Shown: positions 11,666 through 25,688 of the stretch, piece after piece | Position numbering within the stretch: position 1 is the stretch's first letter | Layout of the letters: every line of letters starts with the position of its first letter | DNA from: Reclinomonas americana ATCC 50394 | Lineage: Eukaryota | NCBI GenBank assembly: GCA_048213135.1 | Contig: PS015105.1 | Coordinates: forward strand, 152,695 to 187,424 | Reading direction: 5' to 3' | DNA: 34,730 nucleotides | The notes under the pieces: generated by a model | What the model was told of the DNA's origin: nothing | The model's input: the letters and a program-made list of their open reading frames with translations, nothing else | The model's database searches: none | Made by a program: the position numbers and the translations under genes

Positions 11666-14185
11666 TCACACTGCCGCCAGAAGCACATCTAGATTCTTCT
11701 CCAACGCCAGCTGCTCCACAATGCGGCCCGTGGCCTCGCCAGCCGTCTGCAGCGCCACTTGCGAAATATTCTGAATTGTGTCGCAGTCCTGGTGGTAGCA
11801 CTGCAGATAACGCACGTCAGCGAGACGGAGGAGGGAGAGGGGTACGCACTCTACACGCATCGCACCGGATCAAAGGCGGTCTTGGCCATGCCGCCGTACA
11901 GGCTGCGCAGCTCCATGTTCTTGACGCCCTCGGCGCCCGTCTCGAATCCGCTCGCAGGAATGCCCTTGGCAATGAAGGGGCCGTAGTCGGAGCGGCCATT
12001 GAAGTCGGTGGGCGTCGAGGTGTGGTTGAACGACATCAGTGCGTTCTGGAACATGCGCTGTAACCCAACATTCACATCGTCAGGCCAGAAGAAGAAGAGC
12101 TGCTCGCATGCGATTTCGGTCCACACCTGCAGAATGCTGCTGCCGACCTTGACGTCGTCGGGACCCGACGAGCCATTGTACACGCCGTAGAAGAAATTGG
12201 GCGAGGCCACCATGTCGAAATTCAGGTTGAGCGCAACGCGATTGAGAGTGCCGTCGGCCTCCAGCTTCTTGACGTACTCGGTCGAGCCCACCAAGCCAAT
12301 CTGTGTCGCCCAGAAACGGTAAGCGAGAAGGGAAAAGAGGGAAGGAAATAGGGTGAAGGAAAAGGGGCGACGGAAAAGGGAAGGAAAGGAGAGAAGGAAA
12401 GGTGAGGGAATGGGGAAACAAGGCATAAACAGACACGCGCGCTCTCGAAATGAGTGTGTGAGCGTGCGTGCGTGCGTGCGTGCGTGTGTGTGTACACACA
12501 CCTCCTCGGCACCCCAGAAGCCAAAGCGGATGCGGTTCACGGGTACCAACTTGGACTGCGCCATGCTGATGGCAACTTGCAGGTTCAGCGATGTACCTTT
12601 TCCGCACAAGTAGGAGTGAGAAACAGGAGAACAGTGACCGGTGCCGTGGATGACAATTCCTCACCGGAGCCATTGTCGTTGATGCCAGGACCGGCGGGCA
12701 CCGAGTCCAGGTGAGAGCCGAGCACAATGACACGATCGTCACGACCGGCGTCTGCAGTGCACGCCCGTGAGTTTCAGTTCGTCAGGAGCGTGAGGAGAAC
12801 AGCAGGGGACAACGGAACTTGTCTCGGCAATCACATTGCACGTCTGCTGAACGGAGAAGCGCGTCGAAGCCGCGATACGCACGTGCACGGGTGTGCCCAT
12901 GGACAGAGCCACCACCCACGAGCTGCCGAGTGCGTATGGGAGCGCCAGCACTGGCACCGGTTCGTACTCGCCAATCGTGCCGGAGAAGAGACCCTTGCGA
13001 TCGTCCGAGTTGCCCTCGTTGTAGATCAGCACGCCCTTCACTCCAGCACGCACCGCTGCCGCGCACTACTCACCCCACAATGAGACACGTCGATCACATG
13101 CAAGCGTTAATCTTGCACACGACATCACCTTCTCCTGGAACGTGCAGGTTCCACGCTTGATCAGCGCAATCGTGTCGACATTCTTGGGGAACGCCGCAAA
13201 GTTGTCGTCCACACAACCGTACGAATCGGCGGCCACCAGCGGGGCGGTCACATTGCCGGAGCCCTGCATGCATTGAGAAGAAAACGGCGCAAACAGAGAG
13301 AGACGGATCGCCGAGTTACCGAGTACGACAGCCACGTGAAATCGGTCTTGTACACGAGTGCCTTCTCCGCCGGCATCACTTGCTCCAACTCTGGATCCGC
13401 CAGCGGCTTCCATCTGCAGATGGCCATCTCTAAGAGGGACACGCGCATGCAGTGGACGACTCACACGGCACGCATGCAATCAAACGCAACACTGGCACCG
13501 TAAAGTTCTGTAACATGACCGAATAGTCGGGCGCATACGTGCGCAACGTCTGCAACACATACTGCACACTGGCATCGTAGCCAGGCGTGCCCACTGCGCG
13601 TGTGCCACCATTGGCCAGCGCGGCACTCTGCAGTGCATTCAAGTGTCCCATCATGCCCTCCCGAGTCACCAGCGTCCACAACGGAGGTCGCTCCACCTCT
13701 GGTGGCGGTGCCGTGCGATCGGGCAGTCGCGTCAGCATCGTGATGAAGATGGCCACGGTCGCCACCAGTGAGATGGCGGTCACAGAGAGCGCAATGTTGA
13801 ATCGTCGTCGCCACTGCAGAAGTGAGAGAGTGTGTGAGGGCCTGTCTCGTCACAGTGTATGTGTGCGTATCAGTGTGTGTGTGTGTGTGCGTGTGTGTGT
13901 GCGTGTGTGTGTGTGTGTGCATCAGTGTCATTCATGTGTCTCAAGAACGCACTCGTTGCGGTGATGCATTATTCCACGAGCTGTCATCGTACTTGACCGC
14001 CACCCCAGAGCTGAGAGTTGAGTGAGTGTGAGAGACAAGTGAGAAGCGCGCGCGAAAACATACATGTGAGTTGAGCTCACAGAAAAAGTGATTCTCTCGT
14101 TGTCAACTCACCGCATCTCATCGTTGGCGAGCAACTGCCCGCTGTCTGCAGGGCTGGTGGCCGCAGAAGACTCACCAGAACGCAT
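11666..14185 (-). CDS. M28 family aminopeptidase with PA domain and N-terminal TM anchor (aminopeptidase Y/SGAP-like)
   Basis: GTRAVGTPGYDASVQYV; PA domain IALIKRGTCTFQEK; SHLDSVPAGPGINDNGSG; FWGAEEIGLVGS; LNFDMVASPN; RSDYGPF; DPCYHQDCD. Zinc ligands are present. Confidence 0.92.
13873..13920. repeat. Imperfect (GT)n microsatellite in intron
   Basis: Direct reading. Confidence 0.9.
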
Positions 14186-14407
14186 GTTTTTCAATGAGGC
14201 GGGACAATGCGGACAGTTACTGGCTGCCACGTCACGGGTGTTCTGTCCCAAGCGTTGTTGTGTTTTTTTGGCGCGCATACTCTGCAAAGACACACAGCAC
14301 ACACACGCCCGCCCGCGCGCATTTTGCAAGTTTGTAGAGAGGACTCGCCTCTGTGTTTGTGCGTGCACGTGTCTGTGTGAGTGGTGAGAGAGTAAGAACC
14401 GCCAACC

Positions 14408-17400
14408 ATGGTAAGTGTATCTGCTCTCTCTCTCTCGCGCGCGCGCGCTCTCTCTGTCTCTCTGTCTGTGTTGCCCATTGGCCGTTGTTGTGTGCTGCAC
14501 AGAGTGGTGCCAATGGACACGGTGGTGGTGACAGTGACGAGGAGCTGCCGTTCACTCACGTACTGTCACAAGACGAGTTTGCGCAGCTGCGACGCTCGCG
14601 TGAACAGTATGGTGTGGGTGGCAGCGGAATGGTAGGCGCCGGCTCCAGTGGATCGGGCGGTGCAGGCGGTGGAGGAGGCGCGGGGCGAGGACCTCAGGCA
14701 TGTCACACACTCTCTCGCGCCCACAAACTGCTCGTGTGACTGACACACGACTTGTGCAGCGCCCGTCATCGCAACGACCGGCACACTTGCGTCTGCGCAG
14801 CTCACTGCGCAGTGCCGTTCCGCAGGTGTGTGTGTGTGCTCTCTCTCACTCTCTCTCTGGTTGACTCGCACTGCACTCTCGCTCACTCACTCACTCCGCA
14901 GCGACCGACGACTCCGGGCACTGCTGCTGCTGGTGCACCACGTGCGCCGACCTCGCCAACCTCTGCGGCGGCGGCGGCGGAGAGTGCAGCGGCGGCGAGT
15001 ATGGCGGCTGCGCCGGTCAAGCCGGCCGTGACTCAGGTGCGTCCGTCGGGCTTCTTCTCGGATCCGCTCAACGAGGCGGTGCCGCCATCGCGTGGCTCCA
15101 AGGTGGCCACGTCGGGCGACTACCGGTCTACGGTGCAACCGTTGCCGTCTGGTGCGTCTTGTCGACTGTTTTCCGTTTCTTTTTTTGTATAGTGTCTGAC
15201 CGCGTGTTGTGACTGTTTAGCCGGTGCGATTCCGGAGGGTGCGCTGGTCACCCCGGATCCGCAATTCACTCGCGAGACGCTGGATGCTGGTCGCATCACA
15301 GGCGTCGATGTCAAGGTCATGGTGCCGTACGATACTGCACCCGGTCAAGGTACTGCAGTGTGGTGAAAACCTTGCCCTGTTTCCTTGCTGTATCTCATTG
15401 TATGTGGGTGGTGACAGTACCCCGCGCGGTGGAAGTCGAGCGCAAGCGTCGCCTGTATGCGAGCGTGAATGTTGGTGAGGAGCTGGCAATGCGCGGCTAC
15501 GACTACCTGGAGCCGGGCGTGCTCGGTGGCCCCGACTCGGAACACCCGCCACCCGGTGGTGTGGGAGCCTCGTATCTCCCACTCGAGGTGTTCGACAATG
15601 AGGACTTTGATCCGCGCCCACCAGGCCAATGGCAGCAGCTGATGCAACTGGTGCGCATCTCTACATCGCCGCTTCTCTTCTCTGGCCCCGCGTCCCTTAA
15701 CCGTCTCTTCGCTTGCGTCACACAGGACGCCGATGGAGTGCGTTGCATCCCGTGCATGGCTGTGCGGCTTCTCCCCGGCGGCACTGGCGAGTGGGTGGAC
15801 GGCAAGATGATTGAGTACAATGGTGAGGAGGACCGGTACAAGGTCAGGGAGGTACAGACTGGCGAGGAATGGTGGCTGCCGCGTATCCACGTGTGCTTCA
15901 AGGTCGAGGACCCGTACCAGTTTGTGGAGCGTGTGATTGCCGCCCACAAGTACCGCCAGGAGACCGAGGCTGTACTGGTACGGCGCGCATCTCACTCACC
16001 CCCGCTACTTGTCTCTATCGCTGCTCACTGCTTGCTTCTCTTCTCCTGTGCGTAGCGCTACAATCTCTTTATCGATTCAATGCCGGTGGACGAGATTCCA
16101 CCACTGTCGCAGCAGCAGCTGGAGCGCATTCTGAACCTGTCGCTGAATGCCACACTGCGCGAGCACCAGCAGGAGCTGAGCATTGCGGACTTGCTGAAGG
16201 AAATCAATCTCGAGTACTTCCGCACGGCGAACAAGCTGATCTTTGACGAAGGCTTGCAAGATCCGGCGCAGGCCGACGTCTTCAAGGCTCTCGTGCTGCC
16301 GGAGCCGCAACTGCAGCCACCGCCGCCTGAGTTTCGTCTTCTACCGTTATCTCCTACCCCATCTCTCTTCCTTGCCCCCTCACTCATTCGTGATCGTTGG
16401 GCGTGCAGGTTCGGTCTCATGCCCATGCCCGAGTTCGATCTCATCACCCAAGTCCGCAACTTCCACTTTGCCACCTTCCTCAACGCACCGCAAGTCATCA
16501 TGTCGAACAACTTCGTGATGAAGGAGTGCGAGGAGTTGCACAAGATGAAGCTGTTCTGGGTCACGCTGACCAAGACCATGCGTCTGGACGAGTTTGAGCA
16601 GATTCAGATTCAGAACATTAACCAGCTCCGCACATTCCTGCGCGAAGTGTTGCGTGCCCCATTCTGCGATCTCGACTCGACCTTGTTTCCTTCGTTTTCA
16701 CTCACCATCGTTTTTGCGGGCGCAGTTGGGTGCACAACCTGAAAAAGGTGATTGTGCAATCACTGAAGGAGGTCGGCAAGGGCTGGCTCAACCTGCGCGA
16801 GCGCCGTCGCGAAATCTACGAGATGAGCAAGCTGCGCAAGTACATGCAGCAGATCAAGTTTGTCATGCAGGATCAACTGCGTTTCTTCACCGAAAAGTTG
16901 AGTCTCTGTGGTGTCGCGTGTCCACAGTTTGCGACCATGCTTATTCATCTCTCCTTCTCTTTTTGCGTGTGCAGTGCGCTGCGCGAGTACGTCGAGTTCA
17001 TCGAGTACCAGTGCCGCCTCGAGGTGGAGGTTCGCAACTCCGGCAACGTGGTGGTGGTGGATCCGGAGATTCTGCGCAAGGCCAAGCTCGGTCTCGTGGA
17101 GATTGTCGACTACCGCCACGCCAATGGCAGCATCGACAACGAATTCGTTGCGTTTCTTATTGCAAAAAGTGCACCATGATCCGACGCGGAGGTCTTACTT
17201 GTTGTTGTTGTTGTGTACACACACGCAGCGCATTCCCATGTTCTCGGTGGACTTGATGGAGCGCGAGGGCGAGTTGACGTACTCGACGACCCCCGAGCGC
17301 TTCCGCGAGGTTCTGCTCGGTGTATTCCAGCGCGGCCTCGACGNNNNNNNNNNNNNNNNNNNNNNNNNNNNNNNNNNNNNNNNNNNNNNNNNNNNNNNNN

Positions 17401-19109
17401 NNNNNNNNNNNNNNNNNNNNNNNNNNNNNNNNNNNNNNNNNNNNNNNNNNNNNNNNNNNNNNNNNNNNNNNNNNNNNNNNNNNNNNNNNNNNNNNNNNNN
17501 NNNNNNNNNNNNNNNNNNNNNNNNNNNNNNNNNNNNNNNNNNNNNNNNNNNNNNNNNGATCTCGGAGCAGATTGGCTTTGAGGTGTATCCCGGACGACAG
17601 ATCAAGACACTGCAGGTGCGTGCATGTGACCCATCGTCGTCGTCGTCTGCGATCTAACGCTTGAAATATGGTGTGAACAGGATGTCCATCGCCTCAAACT
17701 CACCAACTACCTCGACTCGATCAACGCTGTGGCCGAGAAGGCCAACAAGGAGTACAACTTGGAGGTGGCGCTTTCCGGCATGCAGTCCGACTGGGCCCCC
17801 ATCGAGTTCGACGTGGTGCCTCACAAGTTGCGTGTTGCTTGTTGTTGTCACTCGTCATTGACGTGCTCGCGAGTGCTGACCGCGTGCGTGTGTGTGCCAC
17901 CAAATCAGGGACAGCGGCACGTTCATTCTGCGCGGTCTCGACGACGTGTGGCAGATGCTCGACGACCACATTGTCAAAACGCAGTCAATGGGCTTCTCGC
18001 CATACAAGAAGCCGCATGAGGAGGGCATTACGAAGTGGGACAAGACGCTGAACCGCATCTCCGACATTCTCGACGAGTGGGTCAAGTTCCAGCAGGGCTG
18101 GATGCAGAACGAGCCCATTTTCAGCTCCGACGACATTATGGAGCAGCTGCCGAACGAAGGCAAGAAGTTCCGCGCCATCAACCGCCAGTGGCGCAAGACC
18201 ATGGACGCCGTCAAGGCGACTCCCAATGTGGTGGCCTTTTGCGAGGCCCACCCGCGTCTGCTGGACACCTTCAAGGAGTGCAATGCCACCATTGATGAGA
18301 TCCAGAAGGGTGAGTCGCGACTGTGGGGAAGGGGGGAGGTGTGTGTGGGAAAAATGTGATTTTGCTCACTGCTGTTTGCCGCTCCATCAGGACTCAACGA
18401 GTACTTGGAAAAGAAGCGTCAGGCCTTTGGTCGTTTCTATTTCCTCAGCGACGGCGAGTTGCTGGAAATTCTGTCGCAGACTCGCGAACCGCGTGCCGTG
18501 CAAAAGTACCTGCGCAAGTGCTTCGAGGCCATTTTCTCGCTCGAGTTCGAAAAGGACAACAAGATGACCAAGATGTTCAGGTGTGTTGTGTTGCGTTGTG
18601 TTCTCTTGCACTCCCGTGTAATAACCGCGACTCGTTCTCTCAGTGGTGAAGGTGAGATGGTTCCGTTCTCACGTGGCATCTACCCGGAGGGCAATGTGGA
18701 GCAGTGGCTGTGTGTCGTGGAGACAGTGATGAAGGAGAGTGTCAATGAGCAAATTCGACTCTCTCTGGAGGACTATCGCATCACTCCGCGTAATGTGCGT
18801 TCTATGTGTGCGTGCGTCTGTTGTTGCTCCAGCCTGACACGTGCGCCCTGTTTTCGCAGCAATGGGTGCTGAAATGGCCGGGCCAAGTGGTGCTTGTCGG
18901 TTCGCAGACATACTGGACCTCCGAAGTGGAGGAGACACTCAATTCGGGCAAGGATCTCGCCGGCTACTTCAAGCAGTGCCAGGACCAGCTGATTGATCTC
19001 ACGGCTGTCGTCCGAGGACCAATGACCAAGTTGCAGCGCATTGCCATGGGTGCCCTCATCACCATTGATGTGCACGCCCGTGATGTGGTCAAGCAGATGG
19101 TCGCCGAAA

Positions 19110-19148
<39 letters not shown>

Positions 19149-22100
19149 CTGGGCCGCGTGTTTAGTGTGCGCCTGGCTCACGCACTCGCGCCGCATTAGG
19201 TGACAAGCACGGCCGATTTCGAGTGGAGCTCGCAGCTGCGCTACTACTGGAGGGAGAAGGATCTGTACATTCAGCAGGTCGAGGCCAAATTCATCTACGG
19301 CTACGAGTACCTCGGCAACACCATGCGCCTTGTGATTACGCCGCTGACCGATCGTATCTACCTCACCCTCACTGGTGCCCTGCATTTGCACCTCGGTGGC
19401 GCTCCTGCCGGCCCTGCCGGTACTGGCAAGGTGCGGAACGACGAGTTTCCTCGCTGAACAGTGGAGAGACGGAAACTCACCGATTTTTTTGTTGGTTCTG
19501 CAGACGGAGACGACCAAGGATTTGGCCAAGGCCATGGCCAAGCAGTGTGTCGTGTTCAACTGCCAGGAAGGCCTGGACTATCTGGCCATGGAGAAGTTCT
19601 TCAAGGGACTGGCTATGGCTGGTGCATGGGCTTGCTTCGACGAGTTCAACCGTATCGACGTCGAAGTGCTGTCTGTCGTCGCTCAGCAAATCACCGAGTT
19701 GCAGCGTGCCATCTCTCTCGGACTGGCGCAAATTCAGTTCGGCTCGTCGATCATTCGTGTCGATCCCTCGTTTGCCGTGTTCATCACCATGAACCCCGGT
19801 TACGCTGGCCGGTACGTGATGCTTGGCCTGTCGTTGAGTTCCCCGCCGAATACCATTGACTCATTTGCCCCCTGCAGTACCGAGCTGCCCGACAACCTGA
19901 AGGCGCTGTTCCGCCCCGTCGCGTGCATGGTGCCCGATTACGCTCTGATTGCCGAAATCCGTCTGTTCTCGTTCGGTTTCGTCGACGCCTACCGCCTGGC
20001 GCGTAAGATGGTCGCCACTTTCCGCCTCTCATCCGAGCAGCTGTCCAGTCAGGATCACTACGATTTCGGCATGCGCGCTGTGACGACTGTCATTAACGCC
20101 GCCGGTCTGCTCAAGCGTGATGATCCGAACGGTGAGTCGCGAGGAGGGGGTATTTATCTATTGGTCAGTGTGCTGATTTTACGACAGGCAATGAGGAGCT
20201 GCTGCTGCTTCGTGCGCTGCGCGATTCCAACTTGCCCAAGTTCCTCACCGACGATATCACCCTGTTCAACGGTATCATTAGCGATTTGTTCCCGGGTGTC
20301 AACTTCCCGGAGCCCGACTACGAGAACCTGCTGCGCGGCATCAACAATGCGCTGGTGCACTTCAACCTGCAACCGGTGCCTGGTTTCATTGAGAAGACGC
20401 TGCAGTTGTACGAGATGACGGTGTTGCGCCACGGCCTCATGCTTGTCGGTCCAACCGGTTCTGGCAAGACCATGTGCTACAAGGTCCTGCAGCGGTGAGT
20501 GGAGAGATACTGCTGCGACTCCCCCCTTAATCATACTGGAGACGATCCACTCACACTTCCGCCATGTTGTTGTGCAGTGCCTTGACGGAGCTGTGCGATT
20601 TGCCGCGCTACGAAAAGGTCAAGACCTTTATCCTCAATCCCAAGTCCATCACCATGGACCAGCTGTATGGTGGCTCCGACCCCATGACGCACGAGTGGAC
20701 CGACGGCATTATTGCAGTGTTGCGTACAGCTCTTTACTGGTGCCTGTGACTTCTTTCATCTATGATGCTTAAAACCACACTCGCCATCAGGCTGTTCCGC
20801 AAGGCCGTGCGTGACGATTCGCCCGACAAGAAGTGGATCATTTTCGACGGACCAGTCGACGCGCTGTGGATCGAGTCCATGAACACGGTGCTGGACGACA
20901 ACAAAAAACTGTGCTTGGTCAGTGGTGAAATCATTTCGCTGTCTCCCGAAATGACCATCATGTTCGAGGTGGAGGACTTGGCCGTCGCCAGCCCTGGTGA
21001 GTGACGCCTGTTCCCTGTCTATATCTTTGGTGGTGATTGTCACTCACTAATGCGCGCGCGCAGCTACGGTGTCTCGCTGCGGTATGGTGTACCTGGAGCC
21101 CATCATGTGTGTCGGCACTCAGGCGCAAGTGACGTCGTGGCTCAACACACTGCCGGAGGTCCTCAAGCCCTTCCGTCAGCAGCTGCAGGAGCTGTTCGAC
21201 TACTACATGGACGACGCGCTCACGTTTGTGCGCCGTAACTGCTCCGAGTACATTCCGTCGGTGCCCAACAACCGCACGGCCTCGGTGTTCCGCCTGCTGG
21301 ATTGCTTCTTCGACAAGGTTTGTGAGATTTGTTGGCTGCGCTGCGCGTTGGGTGGTTTCGTGCGCCTCAACCTGTTTTTTCTTGTTTGCCAGTTTATCGA
21401 GCGAGAAGGCGTGCCGCGCCCGCAGGCTCTGATTGACCAGCTCGCGCGCATGGTGGAGCCGCTGTTCTTGTTCTCGCTGGTGTGGGGCGCTGGCGGTTCG
21501 GTCGATGGCAAGTCGCGCACCATGTTCAATGAGTACATGCGCGGTCGCATGCGCTCCAAGGGCGTGCGCATGCCGATTCCAGAGGCCAAGAGCGTGTACG
21601 ACTGGCTCTTTGTGGAGGACACGTGTGAGTGGAAGGCGTGGATGGAGACTGAGCCTGAGTTGCGTCACTTGTCAAGGAAATGTGTGTGTGGCGAGGGTTT
21701 TCCTGATTGATGGTTGCCTGTGCAGATTTGTGCTCGACCCGAAGACCCCGTTCCAAGACATTATCGTGCCCACCACCGACACCATCCGCTACAAGTGGCT
21801 GCTGCAGCACCTGTGCACTCATGGCAAGCACATGATTGCCATTGGTCCGACCGGTACCGGCAAGACCTTGACGCTGCAGGTTGGAAATACACGTTTATGT
21901 TTGTACCATGCATGCGCGCTGACTGGCTTGGCTTGTGTTCGTGCAGGACAAACTGATGAGGGGCATGCCGGAGAGCTTTGTGCCAATCTTTATCAGCTTC
22001 TCTGCGCAGACGTCTGCCAACCAGACGCAGGACATTCTCGACGGCAAGTTCGAGAAGCGCCGCAAGGGTGAGTTTGCATGCAGTGGGCGCGAACCATCTC

Positions 22101-25100
22101 TTGCGCCTGGCACTCACGTGCGTGCTCTTTCCCTTTCGCAGGCGTGTTTGGCCCGCTGCCGGGTCAGAACTTCACCATCTTTGTCGACGACTTGAACATG
22201 CCTGCTCGTCAGCAATACGGTGCGCAGCCGCCCATTGAGCTCATCCGTCAGTGGCTCGACCACGGTGGCTGGTACGATCGCAAGTTCCCCGACGATACGC
22301 CTTTTATGCGCATCATCGACGTCAACTGGGTCGGCACTCTCGGACCGCCTGGTGGCGGTCGTAACCCGGTCACCAACCGTATGCTGCGCCACTTTAACTT
22401 TATCACCTTCCCGGAGATGAGCGACGAGTCCATGACGACTGTGTTCAGCACAATTCTCGGTGCGTGATGCGGGAAGAGCGCAAAAGAGAGAGGGACACTC
22501 ATTCCTCGTTGTGTAGGCACGTACCTTTCGGCCTACTTCCCGCCGGAGCTCGGAGCCATGTGCAAGAACATTGTCGAGGCTGCCGTCACGTTGTACAACA
22601 CCATTGTGGAGGAGTTGCTGCCGACGCCGTCCAAGTCGCACTACACGTTCAACTTGCGTGATCTGGCCAAGGTATGTTCCTAAAGCGGATGGTGGTGTGA
22701 GTCGCGCAAGTCGAGCCGCTAATATCTCTCTCACACACACTCCAGGTGTTCCAAGGCGTGCTGATGGGCGACCCGAAGACAGTGGGCGACAAGAAGGCGT
22801 TGCTGCGCCTGTGGGTGCACGAGTCGCAGCGTGTGTTCCGCGATCGTCTGGTCGACAACATCGATCGCAAGTGGTTCGACGATCAGACCGAGAAGCGGTG
22901 CGTGTGCTTCTGTCCCCCCCGTGAACTCCGCGTGATGGTCGTACTCATTTTGTGTGTCTGTATGTTGTTGCGGCTGTGCAGTCTTCGCAGCTACTTCAAT
23001 CTGGGATACAACGATCTGGGTGCCGCCGAGCGCCTGCTGTTTGGTGACTTTATGGTGCCGGGCGCCGATCCGCGCATCTACGTGGAAATCAGCGACCTCA
23101 ATCACTTGAAGTCGGTTCGTTGTCTGCGGACCTCCCAGAGTGTGTACGTGTGTGTGCACGACCTCATCCACGCTCGCAGGTGCAAGAAGAGTACATGGAA
23201 ATGTACAACGCCGTCAACTCGAAGAAGCCACTGACGCTGGTGCTCTTCTTGGACGCCATTGAGCACGTCGCGCGTATCTCGCGTGTGTTGCGCCAGCCGG
23301 CCGGCAATGCCCTTCTGCTTGGTGTGGGTGGCTCTGGTCGTCAGTCGCTGACGGCACTCGCCGCGTTCATGTCGGACTACAAGGTGTTCCAGATCGAGGT
23401 GAGTGTGTGTTGACGCGAGAGGAGAGAGACCGTGGTGGCGCTGAATGGGTTTCGTTTCCGCAGATTACCAAGAGCTACAGTGTCGCCGATTGGCATGAGA
23501 ACATGAAGACACTGCTGAAGGCCGCCGGTTGCGAAGGCCAGCAGATGGTGTTCCTGTTCTCCGACACACAGATTGTGTACGAGTCGTTCCTCGAGGACAT
23601 TAACGGCATTCTCAACTCTGGTGAGGTGCCGAACCTGTGGGAGGTCGCCGATCTGGAGGAGATTTACGGCGCCATGCGTCAGATTCTTGCCGCCGCCAAC
23701 GAGCCGGTGCGTTGACGTGCTTACTCACCCGATGCTCGCATTTGTTGCGCACAATGCTGACTGACTGTGTGCGTGTGTGGGGGTGCAGATTTCCAAGATC
23801 AGCATGATGGCACGCTTCAACAAGCGTGTGAAGCAGAATCTGCACATTGTGCTGGCCATGAGCCCTGTCGGCGAGGCCTTCCGCAACCGTCTGCGTATGT
23901 TCCCGTCGCTGGTCAACTGCTGCACCATTGACTGGTTCTCGGCGTGGCCCGATGAGGCTCTGCGGTCGGTCGCGGTTGCGCAGCTTGGCGACGTGCGCCT
24001 GGACGACTCGCTCAAGCACAACATTGGCGAGATGTGTGTGAACATTCACCAGAGTGTCGAGGAGATCAGTGTCAAGTTCTTGGCCATTCTGCGCCGCCAC
24101 AACTACGTGACGCCGACCTCGTATCTGGAGCTGCTGTCGACCTTCAAGACGCAGCTGGCGACGCAGTCGGATGCTCTCGGCAAGCAGAAGCGCCGCTTCA
24201 CCGTTGGTCTCGACAAGCTCATGTCGACCGAGGTGCAAGTCAATGACTTGAAGGTGTGTCACAACAGCAAGTCCCTGATTGTCCTGCATGATACTCAAAC
24301 TATCATATGTGTGTGCTGTGCAGGACGATCTCGTGCGCATGCAGCCGAAGCTTATCGAGACGCAGAAGCAAGTCGACGAGCTGATGGTGCAAATCGCTCA
24401 CGATACCGAGGAAGCAAGTTGCGTCGATGTGCACAGGTTGTCGGTGACAAGAGCATGGACTGATGAGAACATTGTTTCTACGCAGAGGCCACCCAGGAAA
24501 TTGTGCTGAAGGATGAAGCCGAAGCCACGGCCAAGAAGGAGGAATGCGAAAGCATCAAGGCATCTGCCGAGGCCGAGCTGTCCGTCGGTGCGTACTCTTG
24601 TTGATCGGCAATCGCCATGTTATGCTGTTGATGTATTTGTATGCTGACCTGTTTCCTTTGTGCGTAGCCTTGCCGGCTCTCGAAAAGGCGCTGGTGTCGC
24701 TGAAGGATCTGAAGGTCAATGATATTACTGAGGTCGCCAACTACACCATTCCGCCGGCTCTTGTGAAGACAACGCTGGAAGCCGTGTGTATCATGAAGAA
24801 GGTGCCGCCGAAGATGGTCGGCGAAGTCGGTAAGAAGGTGGCCGACTACTGGGACAATGCCAAGGAAATGCTGAAGAAGGCCAACTTGGTGGGTGGCGAT
24901 TGCTTCTGTTTTTCCTCACGCCGCTGTTGTTTTTGCTCATGTACGTATGTGCGTAGTTGCGTGACGAAATGATCAACTTTGACCGCGACAACATCCCCGA
25001 GGCCATCATCGTCAAGGTGCAACCGTACATTGACAACCCACAGTTCGTGCCCGACCAAGTCGCCAAGAGCTCCAAGGCTTGCACGGCCATGTGCGCCTGG

Positions 25101-25655
25101 GTGCATGCCATGTACAACTACCACCACACCAACAAGAAGTTGCGTTTGTCTGACACTTAATGGGGGTGTTGGAATAAGCAGGCACTCATGACGTATGTGC
25201 GTGTGTGCAGGATCGAACCGCTGCGTGAGGCTCTGGCCAAGGCGCAGGCCGAGCTCGACATTGTGATGGCCAGTTTGGCCAAGACCAAGGCCAAGCTGAC
25301 CGATGTGGAGAACAAGCTTGTCGATCTGCAGCTGCAGTACGACGAGAATGTGGCCAAGAAGGAGGAGCTGGAGCACCAAGTCGAGATGTGCACCAAGAAG
25401 CTGGACCGCGCCGAGCGTCTGATTGGTGGTCTCGGCGGTGAGAAGACTCGTTGGCAGGAGCAAGTGGTGCGCTTGGCGATTGCCGAGGCCAACATTGTCG
25501 GTGACGTCGTGTTGGCCTCTGGTGCCATTGCGTACGCCGGTCCGTTCACGGCCGTGTACCGTGCCGAGCTGTACCAGCAGTGGCGCTCCAAGTTGGCAGA
25601 ACTGGGGTACGTTGTCGCCAGCGTCTTTGCAAGTGGCATGTCCGTTTGTGTCTGA

Positions 25656-25688
<33 letters not shown>

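Noticed and set aside
14186-14415. RFX X-box upstream of the dynein gene
   Set aside because: Only partial matches (e.g. CCATGGTAA), explained by the start codon plus splice donor.
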